From a virus (Duplodnaviria > Caudoviricetes), in IMG/VR virus record IMGVR_UViG_3300048583_000219, positions 1-59,637 of that record: 59,637 bases of DNA; one strand, given 5' to 3'. Both the position numbers and the translations under genes were made by a program. The notes beneath the pieces are model-generated. The model did not search any database, was not told the DNA's origin, and saw only the letters and a program-made list of their open reading frames with translations. Positions 1 to 9,177 of this stretch are shown in pieces. Every line of letters begins with the position of its first letter. Position 1 is the stretch's first letter.

Positions 1-127
1 TCGAAACCCGCGTTTTTGAATCCTACGCCATGGCGGAGGCGGTGAATCTCGATTTCAGCGGCGTGAAATCCGAATACATCCCACCGGCCTTGGGCGGAAA
101 ACTCGGCAAGGTGATGCGGTCTCTCTC
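1..127. repeat. Terminal direct repeat, copy 1 (assembly overlap of a circular genome)
   Basis: Nt 1-127 are identical to 59511-59637, and the reading frame continues through the junction. Confidence 0.97.
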
Positions 128-1643
128 GTTCCGCGCCATGACCACGGTGGACGAGTTCATCAAGTCACTCTACGCACAAATGGAAGCCGCGGCACACGCG
201 CACCGGATCGCGGCCAAAGAAGAAAAGCTGAAGGGGGCGGCCTACGATGCCCGGATCGCGGAACTGATGGAACCCGGCAGCGTGGCATGGATCCGCGCCA
301 TCGACGGCGCGAAATACATCACCTTCCAGACCGACCTGGACGGCAGCAACCCGCAACTCATCGGCCGCATCGACCAGCTTGCCGAAGCCATGAAGAAAGG
401 CCGCAACATGCCATGGCTGGGCAAGCCTCTCACGTTCTTCCTGCCGTTCATCGACACCCCCACGAACATTTTCAAGATGGGCGTGGAAATGTCGCCGCTG
501 GGCACCTTCGTTGCCTTGGTGGATGCCACCCGCGCCCTCAAGCGCCGCGTCTTCACCGGAGAACTCACCAAAGCGGAAGCCGAGCAAGAGGCGGCCAAGC
601 TGTATGATCGCGCCCGATTGGTCCGCGACCTCACCAACCAGTCGATTGCATGGATGGCGTTCTTTGCCTTGGAAGGACTCATCGAAGGCGACGACGATGA
701 TGAATTGCCAATCATCACCGGCACGGTCCCCTACAAGACCACCAAGCGCGGCGTGCGCGACAACAACTTTGCCGTCATGCCGCCTACCACCATCCGCATT
801 GGCAACTGGCAGTTCAGCTACAACCGCTTCGAGCCGTTCTCGGTGGCCTTGGCCTCGATGGTGGACCTCATGAACATCGCCCGGAAAAACGGCGGATACC
901 TCGCTCCAGGCACCATGTCGGAATGGATGTCGCGGGCCAAAGACGCCGCCAAGGACAAGACCTTCCTGCAAGGCATCTCAAGCCTGATCGATGCCGTGGA
1001 AGATCCGGACCGCTTCGCCACCCGCCTGACCTCGAACATCGTCACCGGTTTCGTGCCAAACATCATCCGCCAGCCGCTGCGCGAAGTGGATACCGTGATC
1101 CGCGATACCCGCCCGAAACAAGGCGACGGGTTCTTCACGTCCGTTGCAAAATCGGTCGGCTACTCGATCATGCCGGGCAAGGCTCCGGCCAAGCTCGACG
1201 TGTGGGGCAACGAAGTGCAGACCGTCCGCGGCGACCTGGTGGGCGGCACCCGCGCCACCGACCTTGCCTTCCGTATTTTCGACCCGTCCAACGCCCAAGT
1301 GAACCCGCAGGCGGACCCGATAGACCGCTGGATTTTCCGCTGGAACCAGCAAGCCGCGGATTCCGACGAGCAAATCAGCATCCAGCCGATTTTTGACCGC
1401 ATCACCCTCACGGTGCCCGGCGAGAAAAAGCCGCAAGTGATCCCTCTCACGCGGGACGAATGGCAGCAGGCCAACCGCGAGGCCGGCCAGATGGCGCGCA
1501 AGATGCTCGGGGATGGATGGGACCAGCGCCCGCTCGACCAGCAAACCGCGGAGATCATCAGCAAGACGGTGCGCGATGCGCAACGAACCGTGCGTGCCAA
1601 CCTGCGCGTGAAAATCCTTTCCGCGCCGGACCGGCTGGAATAA
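3..1643 (+). CDS. C-terminal part of the giant polyvalent/DarB-like protein that starts at 41573 (internal virion protein-like helical region)
   Basis: ORF 30..1643 is in frame with ATG 41573 across the circular junction (position 30 = 59540). Stop TAA at 1641-1643. Confidence 0.9.
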   Translation, partial: ETRVFESYAMAEAVNLDFSGVKSEYIPPALGGKLGKVMRSLSFRAMTTVDEFIKSLYAQMEAAAHAHRIAAKEEKLKGAAYDARIAELMEPGSVAWIRAIDGAKYITFQTDLDGSNPQLIGRIDQLAEAMKKGRNMPWLGKPLTFFLPFIDTPTNIFKMGVEMSPLGTFVALVDATRALKRRVFTGELTKAEAEQEAAKLYDRARLVRDLTNQSIAWMAFFALEGLIEGDDDDELPIITGTVPYKTTKRGVRDNNFAVMPPTTIRIGNWQFSYNRFEPFSVALASMVDLMNIARKNGGYLAPGTMSEWMSRAKDAAKDKTFLQGISSLIDAVEDPDRFATRLTSNIVTGFVPNIIRQPLREVDTVIRDTRPKQGDGFFTSVAKSVGYSIMPGKAPAKLDVWGNEVQTVRGDLVGGTRATDLAFRIFDPSNAQVNPQADPIDRWIFRWNQQAADSDEQISIQPIFDRITLTVPGEKKPQVIPLTRDEWQQANREAGQMARKMLGDGWDQRPLDQQTAEIISKTVRDAQRTVRANLRVKILSAPDRLE

Positions 1644-1644
1644 C

Positions 1645-1899
1645 TCACACCCCCAGCACACTCCGCCTGACCCGCCGCAAGTCCCGCTGGAATAGGTAGG
1701 CCACTTGCCAGCGTCGCAGCCCGTAGCGGCGGATCATCGTCCGCATCACCCAATGGCGGGCGTGGTCCGCGGCCACCATCCGCGTGTGCGCCGTGATCGC
1801 CACCGGCGGCACGTCGTAAAACTCCGCGGCTTTGAAGACCAGCACACGGCATTTTTCCATCATTTGAGGGGTCAACTGAGGCGCACAGCTTCTTGGCAT
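1645..1899 (-). CDS. Small DNA-binding protein resembling the DnaA C-terminal HTH; candidate late-gene regulator
   Basis: ARHWVMRTMIRRYGLRRWQVAYLFQRD resembles the DnaA domain IV pattern. Transcribed divergently from the portal promoter. Confidence 0.55.
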   Translation of the reverse strand: MPRSCAPQLTPQMMEKCRVLVFKAAEFYDVPPVAITAHTRMVAADHARHWVMRTMIRRYGLRRWQVAYLFQRDLRRVRRSVLGV

Positions 1900-1943
1900 G
1901 TCCGGACATTACACGAATCGGAAGCGTTTTTGCAAGCCTCTCT

Positions 1944-1982
1944 GCTGCGCCCGTTATGCCGCGCCGCATTCTCGGGCATGAT
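1944..1982 (+). promoter_or_regulatory. Phage-specific promoter, copy 1 (portal)
   Basis: GCTGCGCCCGTT, 21 nt, CATGAT, 6 nt, then GTG at 1989. Confidence 0.7.
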
Positions 1983-1988
1983 GCCCCC

Positions 1989-4064
1989 GTGAGCATCGTA
2001 AGCATCGACGAACGCCCGGAAGACCAAGCCCCCACGCAGCGTGGCGGTCTGCCGCTCAGTCTCATCGGCACGCGCACGCCCCTGGCGGCCGATCTGAACG
2101 AGATTCAGGCGACATGGCTCCTCGATCACGCCTGCGAGCAATGGGAACTCCTTTACGGCAGCACGGCAGACTGGCGCGCCGACATGGACCGGTGGGAAGA
2201 GATGTCGAAGGAGGATTACACCTCGCGCATCGGCAGGACCGACCCCAACAAGCCGGATTCCCGCCCCGACGTGTTCGCCTACCAGAACGACACGCTCGGC
2301 ATGGCCGCCGGGTTTTGGGACTTCTACAACGCCCAAGCCCGCAACGACATTTTCGGTACCGAGCCTTGGCTGTCCGCCGCCGCGGAGGGACGCGCGGATT
2401 CCACGCTGGCGGAACTCATCACCCGGCACAGTCAATGGAAGCTGCACCGCTCCAACCTGGAGGAAGTCGCCAAGGACGCCATCAACGTCGCCGGTTGGGG
2501 CGGAACCGCTTTTGTCAAAGCCCGCTGGCACCGCGAGGAAGAGACCTTCAAGCGCTTCGATGTCGTCGCGCACTCCACGGAGGGAGGAAAACCCATCATC
2601 CACCCGCAAACCGGGGATTTCATCCGCGACAAGGCCGCCATCGAAGCCCTCGGCATGGACGGCGCGGAAGTCTTCTGGAAGGGCATGACGGTCGAGGAAA
2701 CCAAGACCGTCTATGACAACACCCTCAACACCCTGCTGCATCATTCCGACGTGGCTTTTGATGCCACCGCCCCGGCGCTGGATCTGTTCCACACGGATGT
2801 GTTTGCCCGCTTCCGCATGGGCATCCTCGATGCCGCATCCCTCTACGGGCTGGAAGAGGAACAGATGAACGACCTCCGGATGTGCCTCGCCGGGACCGAC
2901 GAGCAAGCCGGCCCGCGGGCGGATGCCACCAGCGGCATCTTCGAGTTCGAGGACAACCCGATCGTTTCCCTCGTCGAGGGATTCATCCGCTGTGATCCGT
3001 TCCAGACCGGCAAGCCTATCCGCCTGCATGTCATCTTCTCGCCCGCGTATCGCATCCTCTTCAACGTCGATTACCTGGCGAACGTCACGCCGGAAGGGAT
3101 GCTGCCGGTGGTTCCTGTCCGCATCCACAAGGAGGCCGGGAAAATCTGCGGCATGGGGTGGTTCCAGAAATACGAGAACGCCAACAACGCCGTCGATCGC
3201 CAATACAACGCCGTCACGAAGCGTAATGCGGAATCCTCCTCGGTCATCTCCGGGCTGCAACCGGACGCCCTGGCGGACAAGTCGCAGGCCAAGAATTTCA
3301 AGATGGACCCCACCAAGCCGCTGACGCTGGCACCGGGTAAGACCATCACGGAAGCCCTCAGCTTCACCGCCATCCCTGACGTGAACGAGCGTTCCGTCGA
3401 TCTGATGAACCAAATGCTTCAGATGAACCAGATGCGCTCCGGCATCACCTCCGCGGCGCAAGGCGAGTTGAAGGGTGTCCCCAACGCCAGCACCGCCACC
3501 GGCGTGCGCGACCTGCAATCCCGCGGGGCCATCCTCCTCAAGAGCCAGATCGACGAAGCCACCACGGACGTGGAGCGCCTTGTCGAATACAATGTGCTCC
3601 TGATCTATGCCAACCAGGACCATGACGAGACCTTCGCATGGGGGGAGGGGACCAGCACCGAACTCTTGGAAATCAAAGCCGGCGACGTGAAGGGGCTACG
3701 CATGAATGTCACCCTCACACTGGTTCAGGCACAGAACGCCCAAAAGCTGCAAAACGCCCAGGCCGCCATCAGTCTGTTCATGCAGTGGATCCAAGTGCCG
3801 GAGCCGGAGAAACCCGCCGCGCGTGCCGCCTTCGTCCAGGCCATCGCATCCCTCGGCTTCCGCAACGCGGAAGACATCATCCGCAAGGCCGCCGTCGATC
3901 CTGCCGGCGTGCTCGCCCTCATCCCGCCGGAGATGGCCCCCATCGTCGAGCAAGCCTTTGTCAGCGCCGGCCTGATGGCAGGTCCGGAGACCCCACCACC
4001 CACCGAAACCCCGGCGGCAGCCCCGCCGGAAGCCACAACCGCAACAACACCGCCGCAAGGCTAA
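1989..4064 (+). CDS. Portal protein (P22/podovirus-like)
   Basis: ~690 aa, first gene of the structural module. The segment MRSGITSAAQGELKGVPNASTATGVRDLQ is typical of P22-like portals. GTG 1989 is preferred over 1893 because of the promoter position. Confidence 0.75.
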   Translation: MSIVSIDERPEDQAPTQRGGLPLSLIGTRTPLAADLNEIQATWLLDHACEQWELLYGSTADWRADMDRWEEMSKEDYTSRIGRTDPNKPDSRPDVFAYQNDTLGMAAGFWDFYNAQARNDIFGTEPWLSAAAEGRADSTLAELITRHSQWKLHRSNLEEVAKDAINVAGWGGTAFVKARWHREEETFKRFDVVAHSTEGGKPIIHPQTGDFIRDKAAIEALGMDGAEVFWKGMTVEETKTVYDNTLNTLLHHSDVAFDATAPALDLFHTDVFARFRMGILDAASLYGLEEEQMNDLRMCLAGTDEQAGPRADATSGIFEFEDNPIVSLVEGFIRCDPFQTGKPIRLHVIFSPAYRILFNVDYLANVTPEGMLPVVPVRIHKEAGKICGMGWFQKYENANNAVDRQYNAVTKRNAESSSVISGLQPDALADKSQAKNFKMDPTKPLTLAPGKTITEALSFTAIPDVNERSVDLMNQMLQMNQMRSGITSAAQGELKGVPNASTATGVRDLQSRGAILLKSQIDEATTDVERLVEYNVLLIYANQDHDETFAWGEGTSTELLEIKAGDVKGLRMNVTLTLVQAQNAQKLQNAQAAISLFMQWIQVPEPEKPAARAAFVQAIASLGFRNAEDIIRKAAVDPAGVLALIPPEMAPIVEQAFVSAGLMAGPETPPPTETPAAAPPEATTATTPPQG

Positions 4065-4080
4065 CGGAAAGAAAACCACC

Positions 4081-5094
4081 ATGAGCAATCCATATCACGA
4101 AATCCCGGAACCCAAGCCCTCCGCGGCCGGTCGCAACAACCGCGTCATTGCCGACAGCGTTCGACGCATCGCCTCCCTCTGGCGGCCAAAGGGTGCCAAA
4201 GAACCCAACATCTCAACCATCGCCCGCTTCGCGCATCGCGTGATGGACTCGGAAGGCAACGCCTACACCGCCGACGCACTCGGCAGCGGCACCACCGAAA
4301 CCATCCTCGACAAGCTGAAAGGCACGGAGGCCGATCCCGACCGCATTGGAGTCGAATACCTTCCGGAAGTCATCGAAGGGACGTTTGAGCTTGCTGATGC
4401 CACCGGGACGGTTATCGCAGACCAACAGATTGCAGCGGTCAACGGCCATCCGTCATATGGCGACGGGGAAACTCTTGAGGGTAATATAATGGGGTCCAGA
4501 ATTAAACGAGTTTCTGGTTCTAAAAGCGCCGTCGATTTGCAATCTAACGTATTGCAGAAACTTTTGAGCCTGCCGGTTTCCGGAGAATCACTTGCAAATC
4601 AGCGCTCACTTTATTTCGATGTTTCTGCAATTTTGGAATTCAGTAGCAATTCATTTCCACAAGCTCCGATTATTGTTGCAGCGCTGACGGACTACACCGG
4701 TTTTGTGGAATTCACTACTTCCACCGAGATAAACAATCTCGGAGTTCAAATTGCTTTCGGTGCATTTCCTGTTGCTGATAGTGTGTTTCAAGTAGTGGGG
4801 CCAGCGGCTTGTAACATTGCTTTCGTTGCTGCGAATCCGCCATTTATCACATTGGATAAATACAGACTAAGGCAGCGTGATTTGACTTATCAGGGCGCTA
4901 CACTTAACAAAATAGCGGCTGGATCAAGTCAAGCCCTTCCAATCGTAAATCTTGGGGGTGGGTCTGTTGCCACAGCCAGCAAATGTCCATCGACGGCAGA
5001 AGATTGCATGTTGTCTTTTTATCTGGTGATTCCAGCGTCTGCCGGTGAGACTCGCACACTGAAGTATTCATTAACGGTAAAAGCCGATTTTTAA
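4081..5094 (+). CDS. Putative tail/receptor-binding structural protein
   Basis: 337-aa ORF; the N-terminal ~95 codons are GC-rich and the rest is AT-richer and beta-rich. Confidence 0.45.
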   Translation: MSNPYHEIPEPKPSAAGRNNRVIADSVRRIASLWRPKGAKEPNISTIARFAHRVMDSEGNAYTADALGSGTTETILDKLKGTEADPDRIGVEYLPEVIEGTFELADATGTVIADQQIAAVNGHPSYGDGETLEGNIMGSRIKRVSGSKSAVDLQSNVLQKLLSLPVSGESLANQRSLYFDVSAILEFSSNSFPQAPIIVAALTDYTGFVEFTTSTEINNLGVQIAFGAFPVADSVFQVVGPAACNIAFVAANPPFITLDKYRLRQRDLTYQGATLNKIAAGSSQALPIVNLGGGSVATASKCPSTAEDCMLSFYLVIPASAGETRTLKYSLTVKADF

Positions 5095-6398
5095 TGCTCG
5101 TTCAAGTTACAAACAGTGGACCAGTGGTTCGTGCTTATGGCGGCGATAAGGCAATCGTTGCTGAGACGGATTACCAACCTATTGCGCTATCGCCAACAGT
5201 AGTTCAAGAAACCGAGCATAATGTGATTTTGAATAAAAACACGTCTGCCGGCGCCACTCCAAAATGGCGGCTATCGGCGGATGTTTCTGTTAAAAATCTT
5301 CAAATTACTAATCTAAATCCCGAGCAGGCTACGCTAAACAATAGCTTTCTTACCGCAGAGGTTGGGGCAACAGGACTTTGCCGGATAGTTCTATCCGCAA
5401 AAGGTCGGGCCGGGACCATGCTTACTTTTACAGTGAATCAGACAGGGGCGATTGTCACATACACTCTAAATGATTTTGTGGCCGACACTCATCCCAAAAT
5501 ATCTTGGGACAACGTGCTTTCTAAACTGATTCCTGATAAAGTTCGTCCTTATTACAACGGTAATACATACGCAGAGTGTTTGAGTCAACCCGGAGGAATT
5601 TCCAGAAATCCTGATTGTTGGGGAGCCGGGTATGATTTTTCCGGAGTGGCCGTTACTCATTTAGATGGAGGCTTTTGGGGAGGCGGGGCATTGATAACTC
5701 CAAGGCATTATGTGGTTTCCAACCATTACAGACCAAGCAACAAAGTTGGAATGGTGTTGCGATTTGTGGGAAACGATGGAAGCGTGCATACCCGTACGGT
5801 TTTAGCGCAGACCACCGGCAGCGAGATTCCAGGTTACATCGCCAACCCTCTTTACCCGATTGGTGACGTTGCGGTTTTTCTTTTAAGCGGCCCAGACTTG
5901 CCAGAAGAAGTGACCGTATATCCAATCGTTGGCGATTGGTTTGATCAATTTGCCGCAACCGGATCGTCTGGTGGCATTGTGAATTATATTATGCGATTGG
6001 GCCATGTTTTTGTGACTATCGACCAGAACCGTCACGTTGTCTATGCTACGTCCACGCGGGATTGGTTGTCTTTTCAAGCAAGTGAAACGCCCGAAATAAT
6101 CAGCGTTCGTGGTTTCACTTACACTAAAAAAGCCTTTGCAGGTTTAAAATATATTTGGGGACCGCTATATACATTGGAGACAGAAAAAAGATTTGAACCA
6201 CGAATTGGTGATTCTGGAAGTGTTCTTTTTTCTGTAAATGATAGTAACAACTTGGCAATTGCTTCGCTCTGCACAAGTACATCAGACGGTCCGTATCTGC
6301 ATCCGGGATTGCTTAATGCCTTGATTTTAGAAGTTGATGACCGCGCTGGCATCTCCACCGGACTTACTGTCACCGTTGCGCCTGATCCCACCCTTTGA
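5094..6398 (+). CDS. Trypsin-like serine protease domain protein (probably tail-associated)
   Basis: GGGALITPRHYVVSNHY (His motif), GDVAVFLL (Asp) and IGDSGS (Ser motif). TAATG overlap with the upstream gene. Confidence 0.7.
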   Translation: MLVQVTNSGPVVRAYGGDKAIVAETDYQPIALSPTVVQETEHNVILNKNTSAGATPKWRLSADVSVKNLQITNLNPEQATLNNSFLTAEVGATGLCRIVLSAKGRAGTMLTFTVNQTGAIVTYTLNDFVADTHPKISWDNVLSKLIPDKVRPYYNGNTYAECLSQPGGISRNPDCWGAGYDFSGVAVTHLDGGFWGGGALITPRHYVVSNHYRPSNKVGMVLRFVGNDGSVHTRTVLAQTTGSEIPGYIANPLYPIGDVAVFLLSGPDLPEEVTVYPIVGDWFDQFAATGSSGGIVNYIMRLGHVFVTIDQNRHVVYATSTRDWLSFQASETPEIISVRGFTYTKKAFAGLKYIWGPLYTLETEKRFEPRIGDSGSVLFSVNDSNNLAIASLCTSTSDGPYLHPGLLNALILEVDDRAGISTGLTVTVAPDPTL

Positions 6399-6422
6399 CC
6401 CACTACAAGTAGAAACCACCCA

Positions 6423-6746
6423 ATGAGCAAAGAAGAACTCCATGAATTTGCAGAATCCACCACTCCGGCTGAAATCAACGTCCCGAAAACCTGGGCTGGA
6501 TTGGCAGTTTGGGCGCTCGGCAAATGGGGAATCGGTGTCGTGTTCCTGGCCCTGCTTGTGCCGGTCTATCAAGATCTAAAAATCTCCAACTCACGGTTTT
6601 ACGAGATCATTCGGCAGAACGCGGAAATCTCGACGCAGAACGTCCGCGTCATGGAAGCACTCGCCACCAAGATCGAAGCGAGCAACACGGCGATCCAGCG
6701 GCTCAATGACGCGATTATCAGACTCGAAAACACTGCCCTGAAATGA
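6423..6746 (+). CDS. Holin-like membrane protein
   Basis: Hydrophobic segment WAGLAVWALGKWGIGVVFLALLVPV followed by a coiled coil; lies before the lysis genes. Confidence 0.45.
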   Translation: MSKEELHEFAESTTPAEINVPKTWAGLAVWALGKWGIGVVFLALLVPVYQDLKISNSRFYEIIRQNAEISTQNVRVMEALATKIEASNTAIQRLNDAIIRLENTALK

Positions 6747-7261
6747 TTGCCACCGTCCATCTCCGCGAACCCATGATCGAAGGCGAGCACTTCCGCCGCC
6801 TCTCGGTGCGCGAAGGTGGAGGCAGGTATCGGTTCGCCTTGCTCCAAGACGTTGTTTTCATCCACCCGCATTTCATCCTTCCGCTCGATCATCACGTTTC
6901 ATTCCGCGACAAGCATGGGCATGAGTGGATGGCGATGACATGCCGGACTCAGACGATCCGGAAGGATTACTGGTGGAACGGCAACACGCCGAAACGAGGA
7001 GTGATGATCCTGGGGCGTGACTTCTGGTTTGGATGCCCGGACTACCCGGAAACGATCTGCGCCTCCGGCAAGCACGATCCGGATTTCCAGTTCCGCATGA
7101 CGGAGCATTTCCCGTTCTCGTGGGAAACGGTCAATCGGCACTACCGGGAGTTGTGCGGCAATTTCAAACTCGCCAACGCATTTCACGGTGCGCTCCGGGA
7201 TTTCTCGTGGGCGGCCTGGTCCGCAAAATCCGACGATGGAACTCACTCTGTCCTGAAATGA
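6743..7261 (+). CDS. Hypothetical protein (DUF1353-like)
   Basis: ATGA-coupled on both sides; the pattern DYWWNGNT...ASGKHD resembles DUF1353. Confidence 0.45.
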   Translation: MIATVHLREPMIEGEHFRRLSVREGGGRYRFALLQDVVFIHPHFILPLDHHVSFRDKHGHEWMAMTCRTQTIRKDYWWNGNTPKRGVMILGRDFWFGCPDYPETICASGKHDPDFQFRMTEHFPFSWETVNRHYRELCGNFKLANAFHGALRDFSWAAWSAKSDDGTHSVLK

Positions 7262-8229
7262 TCTGTCCACGCTGTAAATCACCCATGCTTGGTCTGAATG
7301 GCCCGCCAATCTGCGAGCAATGCGCCCGCGAGCGGGAACGCGAGTCGCGTGAAGACGGCCCTTGCTGGCTGGGTCCGCTCTGCCTTGCGTCTTGGATCGG
7401 CATCATCGCAACGGTCGTGGCAATCATGTATGGATGCCAGCCGGCGCGGGCCGCCGATGTCAAACTGGCATGGAATGCGAATAGCGCCGCGGAAAACGTG
7501 ACGGCATATCGAATCTATCGACTCGGCACGCCGAATGTCGTGATCGCCACCGTGACAGCCCCTACCGCCACCGTGACGGCATTCCCCGGCGAGATGATCG
7601 CGGTCAGCGCGGTCAATTCCGTGGGCGAAAGCCCGCTGTCCACCGCTATCGTGGTTCCTGAGCCTGCCCCCCTTCCGCTCCCACCGATGGACCGCACTGG
7701 TTGGGCCATTCACCGAGTTTCCAGTGAAGAGATTGCACGGGAAAACACTCCGGCAGCGCGGGCGATTGATCCGGACGCGCAGACGTTCTGGCACACGCAA
7801 TGGGAAACTCTTGCTCCTCACTACATCGCGCTCAAGCTACCCAGGCCCGCACTGGTTTCCGCGTTCTACTACCTACCCCGTCAGGATGGCAGGACCAACG
7901 GACACATCACGGAGTATGACATCGAGTCCTCCGACGACGGGGAGACGTGGGAACCGTGGCTGAAAGGTCAATGGGCTAATGATGCCTCTCAGAAGGTTGT
8001 CGTACTGCCGTTGCGCCCGATCCGCTATGTCCGAGTCTGGGGGGCGGCGAGATATGCGGCGGCGGGCGACATTCATTTGGGCGGGACGTACGTGCCGGAG
8101 CCTCCCGCATCGGAGACGCGCACCATTCAACATTCGCTCGATCTGCAAACATGGACAGACATCGCCGTTCTCCCCGGCCCGCCACCAACCAAAGAATTCA
8201 TCCGCATCAAGAAAGAAACCACCCCATGA
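7258..8229 (+). CDS. Membrane-anchored protein with FN3-like and F5/8 type C (discoidin) domains
   Basis: TM segment, VKLAWNANS...YRIY...AVSAVNSVGESPLS (FN3), and AIDPDAQTFWHTQW...YLPRQDG...ITEYDIESSDDGETW (discoidin). Start ATG 7258. Confidence 0.7.
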   Translation: MICPRCKSPMLGLNGPPICEQCARERERESREDGPCWLGPLCLASWIGIIATVVAIMYGCQPARAADVKLAWNANSAAENVTAYRIYRLGTPNVVIATVTAPTATVTAFPGEMIAVSAVNSVGESPLSTAIVVPEPAPLPLPPMDRTGWAIHRVSSEEIARENTPAARAIDPDAQTFWHTQWETLAPHYIALKLPRPALVSAFYYLPRQDGRTNGHITEYDIESSDDGETWEPWLKGQWANDASQKVVVLPLRPIRYVRVWGAARYAAAGDIHLGGTYVPEPPASETRTIQHSLDLQTWTDIAVLPGPPPTKEFIRIKKETTP

Positions 8230-8399
8230 AAACCACACTACTCCTCGCCCTGCTCGCCATCGCCTCATGCGCCCCCAAAGCATATCCACCGGGAACACCA
8301 AACCCGCTGGACCGCCCACAGGATTTCCAATCCGCTTTCTCGCTGCATGAGGAAAATATGCAGGAAATCACCTCCAACCCCGGATACAGGCTGCCATGA
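8226..8399 (+). CDS. Small lipoprotein (spanin-like candidate)
   Basis: MKTTLLLALLAIASC lipobox; ATGA-coupled. Confidence 0.5.
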   Translation: MKTTLLLALLAIASCAPKAYPPGTPNPLDRPQDFQSAFSLHEENMQEITSNPGYRLP

Positions 8400-8545
8400 A
8401 AATCATCGCCTGGTCATTGCTGTCTCTGATCGCCATGTGCCTGCTGCTTGCCCTCACCGGCTGCCAACTGACCATCACCCCGGACGGGGCGAAGTCCGTC
8501 ACAGTGGACGGTGAATCGCTCGTCCGCATCCTTGCTGAAAAATGA
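8396..8545 (+). CDS. 49-aa lipoprotein missed by the ORF track (spanin-like candidate)
   Basis: MKIIAWSLLSLIAMCLLLALTGC lipobox; ATGA overlaps at both ends (8396 and 8542). Confidence 0.55.
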   Translation: MKIIAWSLLSLIAMCLLLALTGCQLTITPDGAKSVTVDGESLVRILAEK

Positions 8546-9117
8546 TCCCTTCATCCAAGCCCCGCGCACCGCGCCACGTTGTTCAAGCTGCCGCTCTTGC
8601 CGACTGGCGGAAAAACCCGCTACGCGGGCCATTTCCCGAGTTCTACGTGCTTTTTGTCCGCGGATACTACCGGGACAGCATGGGCAAGGTTGGAGTGAAT
8701 GACCGTGGAATCTACGACGATGCTGCGTTTGTCGTCGGTCCAGACACCTTCGTATCATTCCGCGGAAACGCTGATCCGAGCGTCTATAAAACCGGAGTTT
8801 CATCTTTGATGACCGGATGGGACGAGTATCGCCCCGGACTGCATCCGATTTCCCGCCCAGGCGGCTATCCGGCCTTTCGGCCGGCAACTCCCGGCGAGAG
8901 ATTGGCCGTGACCCGCGACGGTGAAAAAGGTCGCAGCAAGAGGGACGGCGAGGCCAACAACATCCACAAAGGCGGATACCGTGGAACCAGTTCGCTGGGA
9001 TGCCTCACAATCTACCCGGCGGAGTGGGATGCGTTTCATGCGCTGGTTCACATGGAGTTGAAACGCCATGGGTTGAAGAAGTTCTGGCGCGGTCTGATTG
9101 ACGGTCCAATCATCTGA
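8542..9117 (+). CDS. Putative endolysin, L,D-transpeptidase (YkuD)-like
   Basis: NIHKGGYRGTSSLGCLTI matches the His...SxGC catalytic motif; lies in the lysis cluster. Confidence 0.55.
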   Translation: MIPSSKPRAPRHVVQAAALADWRKNPLRGPFPEFYVLFVRGYYRDSMGKVGVNDRGIYDDAAFVVGPDTFVSFRGNADPSVYKTGVSSLMTGWDEYRPGLHPISRPGGYPAFRPATPGERLAVTRDGEKGRSKRDGEANNIHKGGYRGTSSLGCLTIYPAEWDAFHALVHMELKRHGLKKFWRGLIDGPII

Positions 9118-9131
9118 CATCCGCCCCCTTC

Positions 9132-9170
9132 GCTGCGCCCGTTATGGACAAGCATTTTTTCCGCTACGCT
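9132..9170 (+). promoter_or_regulatory. Phage-specific promoter, copy 2 (scaffold/capsid)
   Basis: GCTGCGCCCGTT, 21 nt, TACGCT, 7 nt, then ATG 9178. Confidence 0.75.
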
Positions 9171-9177
9171 GGCGGGG

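Noticed and set aside
1872-3623. 583-aa minus-strand ORF
   Set aside because: Antisense shadow of the portal gene with no recognisable motif.
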